The notes below the pieces were generated by a model, which was not told where the DNA came from, searched no databases, and saw nothing but the letters and a program-made list of their open reading frames with translations. 39,247 nt of DNA from Sphaeroforma arctica JP610 (lineage: Eukaryota): the NCBI RefSeq assembly GCF_001186125.1, contig NW_014040121.1, positions 29,154 through 68,400 of the forward strand. Direction: 5' to 3'. Position 1 is the first letter of the stretch. Each line of letters opens with the position of its first letter. Positions 1-12,520 of this stretch are shown one piece after another. The translations under genes were made by a program, and so were the position numbers.

Positions 1-78
<78 letters not shown>
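1..78. repeat. (TG)n microsatellite, intronic
   Basis: Perfect TG dinucleotide run from base 1 to 78. Confidence 0.98.
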
Positions 79-81
<3 letters not shown>

Positions 82-185
82 AAGGATTTAGACAAGATTC
101 CGACGTGGATACAAATTTATTACTCAATATACTTCACTAGAACCATGCTTCCTTCTAAACTATCCAATTTGAAATGTATCTGCAG

Positions 186-3100
186 TCTCTGTTGGCTGAG
201 AAAACCACCCGAGAGGAGCTGCTGGTGACTTATAACGAGACTAACAAGGCACAACAGGTATGTTCCATCTAGCAGAACGGCCGATTTACGCCCTGTAGCG
301 TGCAGGGCCTGCAAGGAACTGCTGTAGTTATTGTTTGCTTGCACACCGGTTTTAGCGAGATTCTTGTTATTTCTGTACTTTGGCGTAAAGTAGTTTTGGC
401 CAATGAGCATCTAAACAGTAAATGTGAATTCTCATGATCATTTGGTCAGCGTGCTTTTGTGTATATTCAAGCTGAGTCGACATCGTCTTACTTTGCAACA
501 ATCGATGTTTTTCTACATTTTTAATATATGTACAGGGTATCATCCAACAAAAAGACACTCGCATCAATGATTTGGAAGTAAGCAGCGTTCATCACCTTCT
601 GTGACACTTCGTGACATTGCATCTCCGGCTCATTACGCGCATTTCTTTGCTAATTTGAAGGATGATAGTTTTTTGGTTAAAAGGGCATTGTTTTGTCGTC
701 AAAGCTTCAATATCTCACCGGCGATTCTGCAGTCACGTATATATCGAATTTGGTTGGAATGGTTTCGATTCCCGCCAGTTTCGTTCGTCTTACCTTGTCC
801 AGATACTTCACGTCCACGTACGGACCAACTTTCAGTGTAGAGTACAGAGAATTCACAACCCAACTTTAGATGCTCTACAATAAGAGTGCTTAGTTATATT
901 CAAAACCAGCTGTGTGTAGATAGTAATTGTATTTGCGAAGTAAATGGGTAGTTGACAGCAGAGTGGTATGTGTTTTCCTGGTATATTCTCTGTGAGTCCA
1001 ATAGAATGTGACGAGTGTGTACATAGCTTGGATTATGTAAATGAACAGTGGCATAACCCGTATGATTCGAAGTGTATGTGTACCCACTATAATGTGGGTC
1101 CTTAGGATAGTCTCATTTCAAGGCGATGTAAAAGTAAGTTCAACTTTGAAGTGCTATTACCAATCCACCGCTGTGACATCATGGTTATAGTAAGGTTTCA
1201 CTGCTTTCGATATTTTGCGTAAAACATTCAAGGCACGTGCTAGACTGCACATTTTTGTTTGCATTCATGTTATTTGCATGCGTCTTGCGGTGATAGTTCC
1301 AAGTATAGTACCATATTCAATATTTGAAATCATACTACCAGCATCAGCAAATGGCCTTGAAGGCAAAGTGTAGAGATGGCAACCTTCGTGCGGAGTCTAC
1401 CGCACTTGAGCTTTCGAATATGAGAATTTGCGTTGCTGAAGCCGAACGTGAAATGGTATGTGTGATGTTTTTCTCGCTTCTGTAGTTAAAAGTGGTAGTT
1501 CTTATAACGCACAAGCGTTTGAAACGAATACAATGATAGACCGAATAAGTAGAGATTCATTAGTTCTGAAACAGGAGGTGTCATGATCAACAAATGAAGA
1601 AAGTTTGCGTCTGAAAGCTCCAAACCGATTTCGAGATGTACATAATCATACTTTTATCCTGTCCGCAAATATCGCATCCTTTGTAACCCTGTGCGTTGAA
1701 CAATTACACTCTTCATTCTGCAGAAGGCTGCGGTTGCTTTGCGAGATAAGCTCCAACAGCAGTCACTAGCACAGGAGTCTGTGATAGAAACCTTGCGCGA
1801 CCAACTGCGCCATGCCCACAGCCAGGTTTGTGTACTTCTGCTGGAAGGTTATATGAACAATCTTGTGTATATATATATATTTAGTTTTATATTTTGGGAG
1901 GTGTGTTTGTGGCTTTGTCGATTTTCATGACAGGCTGTGATTTCACAGCTGGGTGAGAGTTCAAGAACTTTTGTGACCTGGGAGGATAGACTACGAAATT
2001 CTTGATTCAGGGGTGGTGGGCAACCTCAGCCGCACAATAATGTTGAAATAACATTCGGAGGCATTAATGTGGGAGTATAGGTCTGTTTTGAGACTGTAAT
2101 AAGGTTTATTTTCCATTAATCGAATATGATGGCTATTCCTGCCCCTGAACGATCTATTCGATGTTTGTTTGATTCGGTCTTGGTCAGAATCCTGAGATTT
2201 CGTACTCCCCCGAGAAATGTGAGAAACCCGTGTATCACTGATGGGTATCTGTCTCCTTGAAAATCTTGGCCATGAGGTAGAGATCTGCATCGATAAAATT
2301 ACCTACTCCATTCTTTGTGGCTGTGTATTCTTCATTTAGATACCTCCACTCGGGCATCTGAAACCGCCAGTGAACACTATTAGGATTGCATATCGGCCAC
2401 CCGTACATGTCTATATTACGCGACCTGTCCTGTCGAAAAATTGATTATCTGTGTTGGTCTTTTCCGTGTTGTCGATAGCAGGATACGGATTGGAATGCAG
2501 TAGTACGGGACAGCGGATTGACTTCCCGAGAAAAAAATCCGGATTCTGAGGACATGGTTTTGGACGTTCCGGGCGAAACCTTGGCTAACGAACCCGACGC
2601 CGTTATTATCGATAATCCGCCTCGCGACACGTTCACGGTAGACCAACCGACGGCAACAGAACTGTATGCACTATACGATAACTTATGTTTATGAGTCGTA
2701 AATGAGAGGAATACGAGGTAATCCGTGCGCCGAATACTGCTATTCGCTTTCATTTCTTGAATATGAGTTCAACGATTTTCTTATCTACACATATGGTGTA
2801 CCCATGTAGTGTAGTCTTTGCTTAAATAGCAAAACTTATATCGCACTCACTCATTTAGAAGTACAACCATCAACTTTATTACTGAAAGCGTAAGCTTTTC
2901 TAAGTCTCTGTCGACTTTATCACCGATTTTTGTCCGTCGCCAAAAATCGTCGGTGGCGCCTTTTTTTTTCGGCTGGAATGGATTTTGCCCATTTGAGACC
3001 CTATACAAAATAATCAATAGGCCCGAATCAGAATGTCTGAATATAAACAAGTAAATTTCCCCTATAATTATGCGCTTTCAGTCCCCGCGGCGTCCCAGCA

Positions 3101-6100
3101 GTGTTTTATCAACTAACGATAGCTTCAAGCATCTTTTCGTTCTATTCACGATAGCTGGTCTGCTTACACGCTTTACAGCAATATAACAAAGGACATTCAC
3201 TCGCCGAAAGCTCCCACAAGCGTACCCCCAACCGCCACGACCACTGCGTCTGACGTACTTCCCAAACGGAAGGCCAGAACCAAACCTAAGGGTAATGTAC
3301 GATCTCGCAGTAAGTCAGCCGATACTGCCTTACACCCTTTGCCAAACATCACTGGTGATGGCGGTAAGAAAAGTGAGGCGAGTGTGGGGCAAAAAAGTAG
3401 CAAGGGTACAAAAACCGCGACTACATCCCGTCCCAGGTACGCATTTTGCGCGAAAAACTGCGAAAAGCATTCTATTGTCGCATATGCCATATGAATACGC
3501 AATGATAAATATGAACACACAGGTACTCCCGTAACTAACATATAGTCATGTACATATTATTATAGCCGGTCATCGTTTATTGGTCTATGTTCATATCAAT
3601 AAATCTTATTGTATATGAATATCTTCAAAAAAACGTCATATGGACATGTACACATACTTTTGTTTCGACCAAATATGCACACAAGCACAAACGCACACAA
3701 AATTGTCATGTTCTCGCATCCATGTACTTGTGTACGCATACTCGCGTCTTGCATAATGTTTCTAAGTCTTCAAGTATAGGGACTGCAAGCGTTGACTTTA
3801 TGGCTCATATATACCTCGTCACTCTCTCAGTACTATTACGCTTTTGCCCCTTTAACCTCGCTCTTTAGACGTAGGAGCGCGGCTGTGCAACGCCACATGA
3901 TCACCTCACTCTCTGAAGATTCAACTTCTCCTGTACCGCCCGTACAAGTGAAGACGAAGACTGCAGCCGTCAAGGGCAAGGTGGCTTCCATGAAGATTTG
4001 TTTATATTTTCTGATTTATCAAGATAAGATTTTGACAAAATCTGAAAATCTGAACAGTACGACAGCAATTTCTGTTAATTGCGACAACATAGGGTTATGG
4101 GCAATTGCTATCGACTATGAATTTGTTCCCGAAAACTATATGAGTACTATGACAGATGTACGTGCTTGACCAGAACACATGCTGCGAGGTTAGGGTGAAA
4201 GAAGCAATGTAATTCTACGATTGAATACTGATAATAAAATCTCTTACGACCTCTCAGACGTTCCGAAAGACACCCAGAAAGCCAAAGGGTCCGTCCAAGA
4301 GCTCGGCTAAACCCAAAGCGAAGGCAAAGAAAGATGTGCAAGATAAGGCGAAAGCTGTATGTTTATCAATATGTACAAAAGATGTGAGTCGACAAGATGG
4401 GTGCGTAATTCCTTCGATATGGTGTGCTATGGCACCGCTGAGAGATTGAGTGCGAAGATGATTGCCGATTGGTGCAGTTATAAGATTGTATATTCCTGAG
4501 GTTAGGCTACGGATCCGTCCAAGACGAAGGATATTTTTTCTTACTTGTGTAAATTTGTGTAACGGTAAAAAAAATACATTCGGATTAACCCAGTAGTGGC
4601 ATGCATACCTTCCTACACATGTGAAAAGTATTTGGATGACCCCGTCCATATTTTGCATGTAACGTATATCATGATAGCCAAATGTGCTCATGCCCATGCG
4701 TGTTCGATCTCAAATGTATCTTTTTTATTGCTCACTCGACATGAACTGTATACATTGCAGGCCGATGACAATCATGGCAATGGTGATAGTGCCATGAGTG
4801 ATAGCTCTGCGGCCGAGATCCTCGATGACAAAGAAAATCAGGCGCCGGAGGATGATTGGGCTATCCAGGTGTGTACTGTCTGGTGCCGGTTGTGTCACTT
4901 AAAGGTTGACATTGCATACTGCAAATCACTGGTCATGTGGAACCTTCAGGTACATCTGGAACCTCCAACACCAGACTTAGTTGATGATCGAATGTAACCG
5001 GCAAGACTCGTGTGTGCATCTTCCTGGAGTGCGGAACGATTTAACTACCTGTGTGTATGTGGACATTCTTCCGCAAACATCTGAAGGAAAAATCGGTGAA
5101 AAATGTTGGAGGAATGTATTTGTATTTCCAAGGATGGGGTAGAAGTGTGAAGTATCGCGTAATCTAGCTTTTGAATCTTTGTTTCTCTATTCGCATCGAG
5201 GGCACCTTTCAGAAGACCAAATGCAAAAAAAAAGGGAATCACAGTAGCTACTTCAACTTTGAGATATAACAAATGCTTCGACGATACCGACTTTCATAAA
5301 ACTCTGTTTATGTCATACAGCTCCCAAGCGGCGGAAACCGGCCACCGTTAGCCAAGCGCAAAACGCCTTCTAGCGAGGTATTGGTCCGACATTTGAGGCT
5401 GTTTATTTTTATGCGCTTTTGTTGAATATCGCAATTGAATATTCTATCCAGTTCAGAGAGCTTCTGAGGGTGCTGCATACTGTTGTACTCTTGTCTCGGA
5501 TCACAAATTTTATGAGTCAGATTGGCAAAATTCGTATAAGGATTTGTAAATATGTTTGTTGCACTGAATATGTAACAAGCCGGAAGTTAGGTAGTTAATG
5601 TATCGGAATGTAGGCAAGATCTTATCAAACAATCATATGTATGCTGAAAAACGCAAATATTGGTAAGAAGAATGCCTTAAAAGCTTTGGAGCTCAAGAGT
5701 CAGGAAAATGTTTGTATCAGAATGAACCTGTATTCGAGTTTGAAAGTAACATGCGTACAGGGAAGCTATTTTCCGCACCTATATGTATCATACTAACTTA
5801 TTAGTATGGAACAATATAGACCCGCCAGCCAGGTACACCGGAAGTCATGCCTTTCCGTGACATCACAGCTGCGACTAACAACGTATGTATGCCTATATGA
5901 GTTTAAGTGGAAGATTTAAGACGGTTTAAAAATTTATCCAGTAAGTGTGTATGTCTTTTTCAAATGAACGCATTCATCAGACATGCAGCTGTCCGTACAG
6001 GCATGGTTGTGTCCCGTGTATAAATAATTATGTGTACGATCATCACCTGAAGAACTAGCGAGACAGTATAATTGATTTGTTTTATTGTTAACTAATCACT

Positions 6101-6820
6101 GTGAAGCACAATAGTAAGTACACCTTACTTCGCGTGTAGTTATCATTTTAGCGCCCAGTGTCTATGAACACTTTTGAACTTTGTACGTAGTTGGCTTTAT
6201 CAGATTATTGGACTTCAACAACTAGGCCGCAGATTTAAATCTACCTCAATAGCGCATGCCCTAATTGACTCCAAATAAATAAACGGTAGTTTGTAGGATG
6301 TCTCTGGCATAAATCTCGTGCTCTCTGTACCAAGTTAAAAATCTCTTGTCAAGATGCTTGTGTAATTCCGCAAGGAATCTTCTCTCACACCTCAGCGTGA
6401 CTCAGTATGTGCGTCTATTAGTCAACCTACGGGAGGTAAACCCGGACATCTTTTGTTTCAAGTCAAAGCGTTGGTGTGTAAACACACTCACTTTATGACC
6501 AGAAGTTGTTAGCTGCTAACTTTGTATGCAATGCATACTCTAATGAGATGTAAAAGCGACAATCAAATATTGAAAAAATACGGTGTATCTAAGCTCAACC
6601 TGAAGACAGCTAACCAATGATTACTGTATCTCTTTGTGCAGCCTCCTAAGCCCTCACGTACCGGTTTTCGCGGCAAGAAAAGCCAGACAGAAAACACCGT
6701 GCAGGTGACGTAAATCTGTGCCACTGACTTAGCGCGATTTTTTTTATCCTTGAAGCCGTATTCCACTTGCAGAATGACCCTCTCAAGTTTGCTAGTGGCA
6801 ACGCGATACTATTTGTTTGA
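186..6820 (+). CDS. Uncharacterised multi-exon protein, 5'-partial: N-terminal coiled coil, then a Lys/Ser/Pro-rich disordered region with a KEN box
   Basis: AG/GT-bounded open exons: 186-257 (SLLAEKTTREELLVTYNETNKAQQ), 536-577 (GIIQQKDTRINDLE), 1342-1455 (HQQMALKAK...AEAEREM), 1724-1825 (KAAVALRDKLQQQ...HSQ), ~2340-2403, ~2482-2637, ~3179-3436, ~3869-3980, ~4258-4356 (TFRKTPRKPKG...KAKA), 4761-4868 (DDKENQAP), 5321-5377, ~5820-5882 (PEVMPFRDITAATNN), ~6375-6404, 6642-6704, 6773-6820 (NDPLKFASGNAILFV*). Some micro-exons are unresolved and I recognise no family. Confidence 0.65.
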
Positions 6821-9780
6821 GTTCCATTGCATGATAGAGATGGAGAACGGTGAAATGCTCAAGCCCATTTTCAGGCAAGCTTTGCACACGAGTATACGCA
6901 AGCAAACGTAGTCAAGATATTCTGAAATCTTATTTGTCATTACGGCAAGCACGAACTCAAGTGCCTTAGGCTGTTCGATAGCGAAGAATAGTTGAGATTT
7001 CAACATAGGTCAGCACCCTGCATTAGTTCAATCATGTGCAATTAACTCGCATTGTGTATGCGATATTACGGTTGTAGTGTTCGTTAACTGAACCTGAGTC
7101 AACTCACATTGCTTGTGCGTACTACAAAGGCATTTGACTTATCATTTTGCATTAAACTGAATACACGTCAATACCACATGTTTTGTCACGTATTCACGTA
7201 CTCCCAGCAGGCCACCGTTGAGAGTCCGCTGGACTTCCTGTGTGACGACGCATGGGGGTTCAACGATGACTAGTTCTTTGTGGCATATGCCTCGCGTACT
7301 ATCAAGCTTGAACCGCATAACACCGCTAAGCATATAAACGAATGACAGGATTGTGAGCTCATACATTCGCGGACGGTTTTTCTGGAACTCCGGAGGGATC
7401 GAACATACAGAATCTATCATTGAATACTGGAAAATTGTATCGCTAGTCAACTACAAAGTGCAACTTCGGCACATTACCGGTGTATATCACGACATCATAT
7501 TCCAACGTAGTGAGAGGCCTCAGTATCACCGCCCGTGAATATCTATAAAAATTCAATGACTAAGTCGGTTAAGACCTTGGCCACTATCAGCTTGTGCATG
7601 GTCAATCCGCGAAATAAAACACCTGATGGTTCGATGGTCTATCAAGTCTGTTAGCGAGCAGACGGTATTTTAACTCTGTCACGCCCAAGATATATGTGCA
7701 CCACCACTAATGAGGATTCGGTGTATAAATACTATTCGAATATTATACTGCGAATACACCGCTCGGAACTGACAACCTCTTGATTTTCAAGACAGCAACT
7801 CGGAAGAGAGTAGATCATTGCAATCACCCTCTATTGTAGATTATGTATATGTGTCGTGGTACATATGCCACTTTGACGGGCAACTGTATTCATAATTGAT
7901 CAGGCGCAGCGTCGCCTGGCGAATATCACTGCACACGGACGGATTAACAACTCGAATACTACAAAATTATTTTTGTGCTTTTACTAAATTTGTTGTGTAG
8001 GTTCACATATCCCAACGCAAATCACCTGCGAAGTGAAGGCATTCCTTTCGGCGCTAAATAATAAATCGGCTTGCTACTTGTGGATAGTACTGCTCTATGT
8101 ACTCGATATCAGCACAATATTCGATCCCAGAAGCCCCTTTGTTCCTGGGCTTTGAGCTCACACGAACTCTCGCAATGACATCTTGTTGCAATTCTTTATT
8201 TACGAGGGGGCCAAGTTTTTTGGGCGTGGTTATAACAATATCACGGATATTTGACAACAATGCGAAGGATCATATGATGAAAGATTTTATGGGTATCATT
8301 CTCCACGGTTCTCCACGATGCTTTCTGGATGTAATGGAAGTCAGGTTTGGATTTTTTGTTTTATCTTTCGATTACTCGGGAGTTTCAGATGAGTGTGTTT
8401 GGCAGCGGTTATATATGACAACATTGATTTCGACACGCGCTAAAACAGAGACACCAATCATAATATTGAAGTTTTCTAAGATTATTTTTATACAACTAGA
8501 ATTCGGAAATAGTCGATCAATTCATTCCAGAAGCAGTCAAAAGTATCATATGCACACACACACACTTGGTTCGGGAACATAACCGCAACTCTTAGGTCAG
8601 CTGCTCGATCACGTACATACACTACAATTTTTTCGACGCGACATCCTGTGGACCTGTAGGCCGTGGGCTGTGACACACTGAGCTAGAATACAAAAAAATA
8701 TAAATGATTTTTTCTTATTATTTAGGACTCTTGTGGTTTTTAAAAAAATATGTACTGCACTGTTTGTGATTTTTTTAATCAATTGTTTTTTTGTTTTAAA
8801 TAAAAACGAAGATGCAAGAGAAGGTGCAACTTACAAGCCCCGGGCATTCGGGCAAGGGACTCGCCTGCCGATGGCGATTCTCTTTTATTTTTTTGTCAAC
8901 ATTTATTGTAATATAGAGGGAGAATGTCGGCACGAAGAACGTCATCAGAAATATGATTGGTTAGAGATGAAGGGATAAGTTTTTTTAGGGTTCCCCATCC
9001 TGAAGTACACATTATCTCATAATCTGAAATCTGGTTGCTGCGATGAACATCCTGCCTCTATGGGTAGGGGGTGCCCCTTGAACCCCGTCTTGACATTCTA
9101 CTCGCACAATACTTGACAATCGAATCTGGATCCGAAAATTGTCATGCAGCTATATATGAACGCTCGAAGCTATGTACATACCTGTTGCTATCGTTCGCAG
9201 GGCCAGGAGTGCGAGCAACAAGTAAGGTCATTCTAATTGCACAAGAACTGCGTGGTACCTGTACACTGCACAGGGATACTATCTGTACGCTGACCGTTAT
9301 AGAAGTACACATTGTTGCCCACAGATGTATGCGTAGATACATCCTAGCATCTCGGAAAAAATATAGCAGAATCAGCACAACATGCATTCTTCTGACTTCG
9401 CCAAGGAGTACGATCGGTGGGCTCTCGTACCATCCTTTGCGACCATCATCGTTTTCTCTTACTGCTGTGGCAAGTATGGTATGTCTATATCTGAACTCCC
9501 TCGATAAGCTTATCGATCAATGCACTAACGTGATCTTATATGTACATGTTTGTACTTGCTGCTCGCTTAGAGCAGTCAAGAACAATCTGCTTCTCTCTAT
9601 TTTCTGCAACAGATTGATCAATCGTATATTGTTAGTTATTTTACTAAAACAAGTCCATATTCGAACTAAGCATGTCCAGACAAAACTCAATTATCTGCCA
9701 ACAGTTAGATAATGAGAAAACCAAAATTTACTTTCTCATTAGTGCAACAGCCAAACTCAAGTATAGAATTCGAATCGTAA

Positions 9781-9850
<70 letters not shown>

Positions 9851-10106
9851 NTTATTTATATATATATAATATATTATATATATACTATATATANNNNNNN
9901 NNNNNNNNNNNNNTACTATAGTATATATATATATATAGTTCTAAATAGTTATATATATATAGATAAAAATACTATGTATGCATATACAAATGTGTTATTA
10001 CGTATACGATCTGTATGTGTATGTGTGTTGTGTGTTGTGTGTTGTGTGTGTACGTATATATATATATATATATTTATATATGTATGTATATTAAGTATAT
10101 ATATAT
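9781..10106. repeat. Compound (TA)n/(TG)n microsatellite with small N gaps (9851, 9894-9913)
   Basis: Alternating TA and TG runs seen directly. Confidence 0.95.
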
Positions 10107-10678
10107 ACAGAGTTGTATAGTGTGCATGTAGTTCCATAGCTTAATTGAAGTACAGATTTACCTAGGTTTGTTGGTTTTTTTCTCAGATATTATTTGTAGT
10201 ATATATTTGCATAGTTCAGATATGTATCTGTCTTTTCATATGTTGGGGTGTGTCGATGCTCTGTCAAGGTCAAGTTGTATCATTTGGACCACATGCATAT
10301 TGATTTGTGACTTCTATGATTTTATATGTAACTGTGTCATCTCGAACCACCAGTAAACTCACGTGTACACTATCGCAGTACTCTTGTTTACGCACCTGTT
10401 TATTTACTATTTTGTAAGTGTCTAGGATTTTGTTCATCAATGCTATACTTCCTCCTCCAGTGAGTACCAATCATCGTATCTGTTACTGGTAGACCGACAT
10501 GTCAGTTTTGCGTCATTCAGAGTTGTACGTTGCGCGTACGGTGAAGAAATTATCGATGTCCTCATGTGTAGTACGATATCCTATCTGTTCTCTTCGCGCA
10601 TGTTTCCTGCACATAAATCGACGATACCCGGGACACTTGTAAATAGATATTCTCTATTCTCATCATCGTAGACATGAG

Positions 10679-11290
10679 ATGGATCTACCCGCTTTTGACG
10701 ATGAAGTGTTGACTAAGTTCACCGACTTGCCACTTCTCTCTCCAATATACTTATCACCTGGACAACACCTCACACCCTCGTACAGTCCCTGCGCGCTTAT
10801 TGGCTTCGCACTGCTAGGGCTGGCAGCACTCCAAGGCTCGCTGTTGTTCCTGAGTGTGTGCGTGCTATGCCTGGTCCTGTGCTGGGTGACATTCGTCGGC
10901 ACATGGTTGGCTCTGTTCTCGTATGTAGCACATGCCATACACTCTCGTGCGTACTTAAAAGTCGAACACGCGACCACACCTGGACCAGTTTCAATGCGCG
11001 ATGCTGAGCTGACGGCTACGAGCGACGTATATAGTGAGAGGCATTTAAAGGGCAGGCGGGTCAGCTTCTGTCCTACGGTGGACAATGATTCCGGGTGGGA
11101 TGTGAACTTCATTGGCACCGGGGACGAAAGCGCGATCAAACCCTTCGCTGGAAAGTATGTGCTAGAAGTGTATTTTGTCATATACCAGTCTGGTTGTGCG
11201 TATGCCCATGCCGATCTCTTGCAAGGGTTACATTGACGTCCGGGGCTAATGTTTCTTAGGAACTGTGCGGCAATCGCGACTAATGATTGA
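10679..11290 (+). CDS. Probable promethin/LDAF1-like membrane-hairpin protein; 5' exons and C-terminus uncertain
   Basis: Core exon 10786-11154 encodes a ~45-aa hydrophobic stretch PCALIGFALLGLAALQGSLLFLSVCVLCLVLCWVTFVGTWLALFSYV. Its spacing resembles, from memory, the promethin segment ALLGxxxLEGxxxxxxxxxLLCILCxxxFV. Donor GTATGT at 11155; branch-like GCTAAT and acceptor TTAG at 11259; stop at 11288-11290 in the simplest splice. A candidate upstream exon lies near 9406-9478. Confidence 0.45.
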
Positions 11291-12520
11291 TATTGAGGCT
11301 GTAAGTTCTGCTAGCATCTGTGTGGTTTTGTTTTGAGGTGGGCTTTGTGGTGTAGAGACCGCTACAAGTGGCTGCTCCTACTGTCCTTTCCCTCTTCTTT
11401 CATCATCGTGTCGTCTACTTTTGTATCTGCTGACAACTCAATTCTGAATGTTTTGTTCCGATGCAACTTTGCAGAGTCAAAAAGATTGCGCCCGATAGCG
11501 TTGACGAAATGATGGAGACTTCAGTTGCAGCTTAGGATCGACCTCGTATAATTCTATCAATCTAGAGTTGGCAACATCAGCAGCCACTCACATTCGGTGG
11601 TCCTACACACAGGGATGCGCACGTGCAGAGCAATATCAATTTAAACATGCCTCTTAAACATTTAGACATGCCTCATGGGCATATATTTATACATCAAATG
11701 CATACGGTCCCGGCCAATATATCTTCAAATAGGATAAATTCCCTGTTATAGTAAGGCCCTCCCTCCCTTGCACCACTTTTGTGATTACACCTTCCCATTC
11801 ATTTAGAATTTCGCGCATGGAAAGCGCTCTTATATCGGCTTTCATGAATGCATGTCCGGCGCCATAAAGTCCTAATCTGCACAATGACAAATCGGGCATA
11901 GACAACGAAATAAACATTGCATACATATTGATGTACATAAGAACATGTGCCACTTGAGACATTACCTAGAGACTGCGCTCTAGCAAATCAGGCTAGATTG
12001 TTTGAATTCTTCGAAGCAATTTGAAATGAGTCTCGATTATCATAGTATAGGTGCACTGCAATTGGTCTAAACAGAGTTTGAAAGTTGTTTTCTATTTATT
12101 AATCAAGCAATAGTATCGGTCCGACCAGAACAAGTCTTTTCATTTTGTGATGGAGCTTGTGCTCATAAAGGATACTATTGAGATTGGTGAGACAGGAATT
12201 GAGAATGCGTTTCATTCTTTTAAACACCTCAGCGCTTCTCACGCCACTTGACATTAGACTCGTATACACAAAGATACGAGCAAGCGCGTCGGTAGTAGAA
12301 TACCGCCTGATTAATACGCCTCCTCCTACCCTTATTCTTGGCAGATGGGATGCTAGGGTCAGTGGTAAGAACGCATGATTTGCGTTGATCTCCCTCCCAA
12401 TTGCAGGGCAACTCTAAAATATACTGCACCAAATCTCACCAGGGCAGCAACCAAACTTGTGCAGACTAGAATACTAGTCCGGTCAACTCTATACTCATAT
12501 ACGGAGAATAAAGTATCGGC

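Noticed and set aside
3420..3930. Shugoshin identity for gene 1 (coiled coil plus SRPRRRSAAV)
   Set aside because: The basic stretch is not followed by the Y(K/A)EP(S/T)L..K(L/M)RR core of the SGO motif.
6809..7450. Minus-strand ORFs, one with a CxxC (ILVCKAC)
   Set aside because: No supporting splice chain or second metal-ligand pair; cannot support a gene.
8054..8582. 161-aa plus-strand ORF and overlapping minus-strand frame
   Set aside because: No recognisable domain; the minus frame is broken by stops; no consistent exon chain.
9071..9712. 213-aa ORF
   Set aside because: No family resemblance; contains several splice-like signals, so at most small exons of the downstream gene.
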